From positions 288,001-352,000 of the forward strand of contig CBDCUI010000007.1 of the NCBI GenBank assembly GCA_965222615.1: 64,000 nt of DNA. The letters run 5' to 3'. Every line of letters starts with the position of its first letter. Within the stretch, counting starts at the first letter, position 1. Of this stretch, positions 60,477 to 64,000 are shown one piece after another. This DNA comes from Gammaproteobacteria bacterium (GTDB lineage Bacteria; Pseudomonadota; Gammaproteobacteria; UBA4575). The notes beneath the pieces are model-generated. The model was not told the origin of the DNA, ran no database searches, and saw only the letters and a program-made list of their open reading frames with translations. The translations under genes were made by a program, and so were the position numbers.

Positions 60477-60554
60477 TGGTCTCAGCAGTTGGATTCGAAC
60501 CAACGACCTCTCGCTTCCAAGGCGAGGACTCTGACCAGACTGAGCTACACTGAG
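60477..60554 (-). tRNA. tRNA-Pro(UGG)
   Basis: CTCGC-CTTGGAA-GCGAG; C1-G72; CCA. Confidence 0.9.
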
Positions 60555-60578
60555 AATATTTTTTGTATAAAAATTATT

Positions 60579-60653
60579 TGGTGCATCGAGTTGGACTTGA
60601 ACCACCTTTGCGTGTAGGTACTACACGTGAATCAAGAATCACTTTGTGATTCC
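60579..60653 (-). pseudogene. tRNA 3' fragment (T-arm, acceptor strand, CCA) joined to two non-tRNA hairpins
   Basis: GGTGG-TTCAAGT-CCAAC-TCGATGC-ACCA resembles the tRNA-Phe 3' end; no matching 5' acceptor strand. Confidence 0.6.
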
Positions 60654-60672
60654 ATTTTTTATTGAAAATTTT

Positions 60673-60748
60673 TGGTTCATCGGATTAGAGTTGAACTAAT
60701 ATCTTCACAATTATCAGTTGTGTGCTTTACCAGTTAAGCTACCGATGA
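60673..60748 (-). tRNA. tRNA-Ile(GAU)
   Basis: CACAA-CTGATAA-TTGTG; CCA. Confidence 0.88.
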
Positions 60749-60765
60749 ATAATCTTTAGAAATAT

Positions 60766-60814
60766 TGTATCGCTTCGCGATTATTAATTTACGAGTAATA
60801 CCCACTCGCAAGTG
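60766..60814 (-). repeat. Double-hairpin spacer repeat, copy 3
   Basis: Directly 3' of the tRNA-Glu CCA. Confidence 0.8.
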
Positions 60815-60889
60815 TGGTGTTCCTGACCAGAATTGAACTGGCATCTCGAGTTTGAAAGACTCGTGACCTCACCGTTAGTCGACAGGAAC
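60815..60889 (-). tRNA. tRNA-Glu(UUC)
   Basis: CGAGT-CTTTCAA-ACTCG; CCA. Confidence 0.88.
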
Positions 60890-60903
60890 AAATTAATTTA
60901 TTT

Positions 60904-60979
60904 TGGCGGATCCGATCGGACTCAAACCGACATCCCCTTTATCGACAGTAAAGTGCTTTATCAATTAAGCTACGAATCC
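60904..60979 (-). tRNA. tRNA-Asp(GUC)
   Basis: CTTTA-CTGTCGA-TAAAG; G73; CCA. Confidence 0.88.
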
Positions 60980-60992
60980 AAATTTTATTTAA

Positions 60993-61848
60993 AGGTTGAG
61001 ACTACGCCTTTAACAATCACTCTTTTGTTGAAGTGCCTAACGCATTGCTGTGCGAAAGTTGTCAACGTGTCCACATTACCCTGGTTGCTCCAGCGATAAT
61101 GTTAGTGATCATGACTGCTTTTTTTAAAGTGTAGCGATTCACTTGTCGCATTGATCTATTCAGCTATTCACTTACCGAGAACCTTGCAGGGCTCTAAACG
61201 GAGGCTATCCGATCGTGCAATGAAGTAACTAAAGTTCTTTGGCTTGCGGCCGCAGAAGCTTCCATGTTCCCAAGCGGGCATGGACTTAAGTCATTTTCAA
61301 TCAACACCGAGACGCGTCTTTGCGTTTCACCGTATGGTGATCTATGTGGGAGTCGAACCCACGACCTATTGATTCTAAGTCAATCGCTCTACCAATCTGA
61401 GCTAAAAGATCAGGTACTACTAAGACGTGCACGTCTCAGTTGCTTCGTTATTTTTTGAATAACGATATACAACACGCCTTCTGTCTTTCCTCTGCCGAGT
61501 ACTTAACCGAATATTAGGATCATGGCTGCCAGCCATTTCCCCAATACTCTGTACAACCGCACTTGTCTGCAAAACTCGTACTATGTTGTACTACCTGTTA
61601 CCTCTCGTAGTACGCAATCTAGTGTCACGGGTTACAGCACTACCTGTATCTTTCACACGACCCGCATTCCCAAGTAAACCTGGTACGTTAATCGTGGTAC
61701 TTCCGTGTATTGCTTGGCTACTATTGCCGATTGAATTACGACAACATGGAGACCAGGCTTGCTTGGTTTGACCTACTTCGAAAAGTGGGCGAAATACCGT
61801 AGTCGTATTCCTTTTCTATTGTTGCCGATAGTTATCGTGCCAAGCCAC
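60993..61848 (-). ncRNA. Large structured RNA, GOLLD-like, with an internal tRNA
   Basis: ~850 nt with no credible CDS, inside a tRNA array. Long-range pair GCTTGGC (~61845) / GCCAAGC (~61715) and many hairpins. 3' end ...GGCGTAGTCTCAACC resembles my recollection of the GOLLD 3' end. A tRNA sits in a central stem. Confidence 0.7.
61335..61411 (-). tRNA. tRNA with UAG (Leu) anticodon on a class-I non-Leu-like body, embedded in the GOLLD-like RNA
   Basis: GCTC-AGATTGGTA-GAGC D-arm; ATTGA-CTTAGAA-TCAAT; AGGTC variable loop; CCA. Confidence 0.85.
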
Positions 61849-61853
61849 ATATT

Positions 61854-61929
61854 TGGTGGAGGATCACGGATTTGAACCGTGCGCCTTCTGCTTGCAATAC
61901 AGACGCTCTGCCAACTGAGCTAATCCCCC
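61854..61929 (-). tRNA. tRNA-Ala(UGC)
   Basis: G3.U70; TCTGT-ATTGCAA-GCAGA; CCA. Confidence 0.92.
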
Positions 61930-61938
61930 AAACTAATT

Positions 61939-62013
61939 TGGCTGCGACGGTTGGACTCGAACCAACATTGCTTCGCTTAACAGGCGAATGTTCTACCATT
62001 GAACTACATCGCA
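61939..62013 (-). tRNA. tRNA-Asn(GUU)
   Basis: TTCGC-CTGTTAA-GCGAA; G73; CCA. Confidence 0.92.
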
Positions 62014-62021
62014 ATTACGTT

Positions 62022-62098
62022 TGGTGCATCAGGATGGATTCGAACCACCATCGCGTCGGGCTTCAACCGACCGCTCTACCCATTGGAGCTACCGATGC
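62022..62098 (-). tRNA. tRNA-Phe(GAA)
   Basis: GTCGG-TTGAAGC-CCGAC; CCA. Confidence 0.9.
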
Positions 62099-62107
62099 AA
62101 AAACTTT

Positions 62108-62192
62108 TGGTGGAGAGAGATGGATTCGAACCACCACGCTAATATTTAGCACTGGGTTACAGCCAGCGTGTCTCACCAATGACTGTCTCTCC
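62108..62192 (-). tRNA. tRNA-Tyr(GUA)
   Basis: GCTGG-CTGTAAC-CCAGT; V-arm; CCA. Confidence 0.88.
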
Positions 62193-62210
62193 TAAAATTA
62201 AATATAAAAC

Positions 62211-62286
62211 TGGAGCTGGTGATAGGCGTCGAACCTACAACCTACTGCTTACAAGGCAGTTGCTCTGCCATTTGAGCTACACCAGC
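62211..62286 (-). tRNA. tRNA-Thr(UGU)
   Basis: ACTGC-CTTGTAA-GCAGT; CCA. Confidence 0.92.
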
Positions 62287-62372
62287 AAAAAATATGGGGC
62301 AGTCGCACACGCGCGCAACTCAACTCAGAGTTGGACGTAATTTCATAAACAAAATTACAAACTGCCCCGCCT

Positions 62373-62401
62373 ACTTCAATCATCCAAATTGTTAAAGAGC
62401 T
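62373..62401 (-). promoter_or_regulatory. boxA antitermination element and leader arm of the 24-bp inverted repeat
   Basis: Minus strand reads AGCTCTTTAACAATTTGGATGATTGAAGT (rrn boxA consensus TGCTCTTTAACA). Confidence 0.8.
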
Positions 62402-62413
62402 ACTGCCAGGACT

Positions 62414-62448
62414 AAAAAACCCCGGAAGGCAAACCTAACCGGGGTTTT
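62414..62448 (-). terminator. Intrinsic terminator (attenuator) in the array leader
   Basis: AAAACCCCGG-N13-CCGGGG-TTTTTT on the minus strand, between the promoter and the first tRNA. Confidence 0.8.
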
Positions 62449-62502
62449 ATTTTGATTCCGGAAGGCTCGCAACGCGCACCCTCCGAATTAATTTGGAAGG
62501 TA

Positions 62503-62679
62503 CTACGTGATTGGGTCCTCTAAGGTGGCCCCAATAAAATTATTTGTGCCGAGACTTATTCCACTCGTGCCGAAGCTGGATATCTCATGCACAGCAACAC
62601 ACCACAAATAACACGACGGCTTTAATAACCGCTGTGCTAGAGGCGTTGAAAAACTAGTTGTATATGTACTTCTATTCAT
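62503..62679 (-). CDS. Putative leaderless 58-aa leader peptide
   Basis: MNRSTYTTSFSTPLAQRLLKPSCYLWCVAVHEISSFGTSGISLGTNNFIGATLEDPIT*. ATG lies 10 nt after the -10 box; stop lies just upstream of the attenuator hairpins. Confidence 0.55.
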   Translation of the reverse strand: MNRSTYTTSFSTPLAQRLLKPSCYLWCVAVHEISSFGTSGISLGTNNFIGATLEDPIT

Positions 62680-62689
62680 AGTGCGCGAA

Positions 62690-62717
62690 AGTCTAATGAT
62701 ATGAAATTTAATGTCAA
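62690..62717 (-). promoter_or_regulatory. Sigma70 promoter of rrn-P1 type
   Basis: TTGACA-16 bp-TAGACT followed by a GC-rich TTCGCGCAC discriminator. Confidence 0.7.
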
Positions 62718-62767
62718 GTAATATTTTACCAAGTAAAGTGTGAATTTACTCCCAATTATCGGCTAAA

Positions 62768-63421
62768 TTAATCATCAAGGGCCGACAAAAAAGAAATCAT
62801 TGCTTTACGTTGTTCTTCATTTAAAGAGAGGGATGCAGAAATAATTTCTTGAATGTCCGTTAATTGTTTTTGAAATTCTTTATTGTTCAATTCTTTAGGT
62901 GCTTCATCTAACCAACCTACAGGTTTTTTTGCTGCAATTTCTATCCCTCTAGCAAACTCATCACTCATGCTAGGAATAAATGGTGTTTTGTAATGTTGTT
63001 GAAATAATTCCCATGATACTCCTGCTGATTCACATTCTTTTTTAGAACAAACCTTGTTACCAGACTTCCCACATAGGGTCTTAAAGTTTGTAAATCTAAC
63101 AATTTGAAGAAATGGATCTAAGTTTTTTACAGGAGCAGTGCCAAATAATAACCAGTTGGTGGAATATCCAGTAACTTTACTTATACCTTCAATGATTTTT
63201 AGATTTGGATTTTGTGGGGCTGATGTTTCGTATAGAGAAAGAAGCTGTTTTGATACTTTTAGTCTACGTTTTTTCAATAGCTGCATCATCTCACTCGGGT
63301 CAATGTTGTTATCGACCCGCGCATAACGAATACGTGATGAGACTGTAGCAAGCTCGCTACTTTGTTTTTTTCTATTAGGTGCCTTTTTTATATTTCGGCG
63401 TTTAGGTGTTTTAGTAGTCAA
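62768..63421 (-). CDS. XRE/Cro-CI-like HTH regulator
   Basis: RIRYAR...VSKQLLSLYE...P.....I...GYS.NWLLFG; second HTH-like region AR.IE.....P.GWLD. Confidence 0.7.
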   Translation of the reverse strand: MTTKTPKRRNIKKAPNRKKQSSELATVSSRIRYARVDNNIDPSEMMQLLKKRRLKVSKQLLSLYETSAPQNPNLKIIEGISKVTGYSTNWLLFGTAPVKNLDPFLQIVRFTNFKTLCGKSGNKVCSKKECESAGVSWELFQQHYKTPFIPSMSDEFARGIEIAAKKPVGWLDEAPKELNNKEFQKQLTDIQEIISASLSLNEEQRKAMISFLSALDD

Positions 63422-63598
63422 TTGTGAATGTATTTAGAGATTAAAACACAATAGTACACCAGCAATAGACTAATATTGGTATTAGGGGAATATTCGTTTA
63501 GGGAATATGAAATTCCAGTGTTAACTTATACTTGGAGTATGAGTCCACGGTTCACAATATTTGAATTGTGGAGAAAATAGGTTTAGATGTTTAAATTA

Positions 63599-63913
63599 TT
63601 ACTTTATTGCGATAGCTTTAGCGATATCTTTTCTACTCGCACCCAATGCAATGAGTGATTTCATGTAGTGATCGAGGGATACAGATGGATCACCGGCTTC
63701 TAGTTTTGCAATTCGTGATTGACTCGATTGTATGATTGTAGCCACTTTCGTTTGGCTTAATTTTTTACGTTTGCGTATTGCTTTAAATGTATTCGCCAAA
63801 TTAAGTCTCATTTCGACAATCTCAGCCTCTTCCGGAGTCAGATCCAGAAATTCTTGGGCACTACCAAACTTCCAGCCTTTGGTTTCAAGTTTTTTGCGTT
63901 TCGCTTTATTCAC
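63599..63913 (-). CDS. HigA-like XRE antitoxin
   Basis: GWKFGSAQEFL.L, LSQ..VA....SSQSRIAKLEAGD.SVSLD. Confidence 0.85.
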   Translation of the reverse strand: MNKAKRKKLETKGWKFGSAQEFLDLTPEEAEIVEMRLNLANTFKAIRKRKKLSQTKVATIIQSSQSRIAKLEAGDPSVSLDHYMKSLIALGASRKDIAKAIAIK

Positions 63914-64000
63914 TGTCGTATTCCTTGATTCGCTGCTTACATATTTCTTTTACTGTTTTCGGTGTTCGTCTCGTTTTCTTTTCAAATACCTCGAGTATGA
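63906..64000 (-). CDS. RelE/HigB(Gp49)-like toxin, C-terminal part (runs off the window)
   Basis: ...ILEVFEKKTRRTPKTVKEICKQRIKEYDSE* overlapping the antitoxin start. Confidence 0.8.
   Translation of the reverse strand, partial: ILEVFEKKTRRTPKTVKEICKQRIKEYDSE

Noticed and set aside
60993-61848. tmRNA, RNase P RNA, rRNA fragment or group I/II intron
   Set aside because: I found no tmRNA acceptor ends or tag ORF, no RNase P P4 motif, no rRNA signature and no interrupted host gene on either side.
59120-62195. ORFs listed within the tRNA array (59120, 59440, 59549, 60086, 60396, 60833, 61264, 61583, 61832, 61872)
   Set aside because: They overlap clear tRNA cloverleaves or the large RNA and have no protein motifs; they are artefacts of reading tRNA genes.
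58947-62286. Regularly spaced TTCGAA/TGG motifs suggesting a CRISPR-like array
   Set aside because: The periodicity is the T-loop and CCA of consecutive tRNAs; there are no identical repeats with unique spacers and no cas genes.
53516-64000. Prophage as the explanation for the tRNA cluster
   Set aside because: No capsid, terminase, tail, replication or integrase gene in the window; cannot be excluded beyond position 64000.

Overview
AT-rich bacterial DNA, probably from a gammaproteobacterium (inferred from the protein families). It has five blocks. (1) 1-11.2 kb: a low-oxygen island with a FixL-like heme-PAS gene, an FNR, two cytochromes c, two USPs, Hsp20, an FNT channel, an APH-AAA kinase, a hemerythrin and a globin, plus several FNR boxes. 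(2) 11.2-23.2 kb: a YeeE/rhodanese sulfur module and signalling or regulatory genes. (3) 23.5-41 kb: an 11-gene glycosyltransferase/heparinase-like/kinase/ABC/AlgE-porin operon of unknown product, then a GT-C-like membrane protein. (4) 41-53.4 kb: Cus-type metal efflux and miscellaneous genes. (5) 53.5-62.7 kb, the most notable block: a co-oriented minus-strand unit. In transcription order it has an rrn-like promoter, a 58-codon leader ORF, a terminator and boxA, then 27 CCA-encoding tRNA genes covering all 20 amino acids. A ~850-nt GOLLD-like RNA in the array encloses one of these tRNAs, and a perfect 24-bp leader-trailer inverted repeat brackets the whole array. After the array come an HNH nuclease, a second structured RNA containing tRNA-Ile, slipin (SPFH), a PcfJ-like protein, a small SEC-C gene that needs +1 frameshifts, and RtcB. 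I interpret this as an inducible tRNA-replacement and RNA-repair system. All calls come from reading the sequence by eye; no database searches were run.
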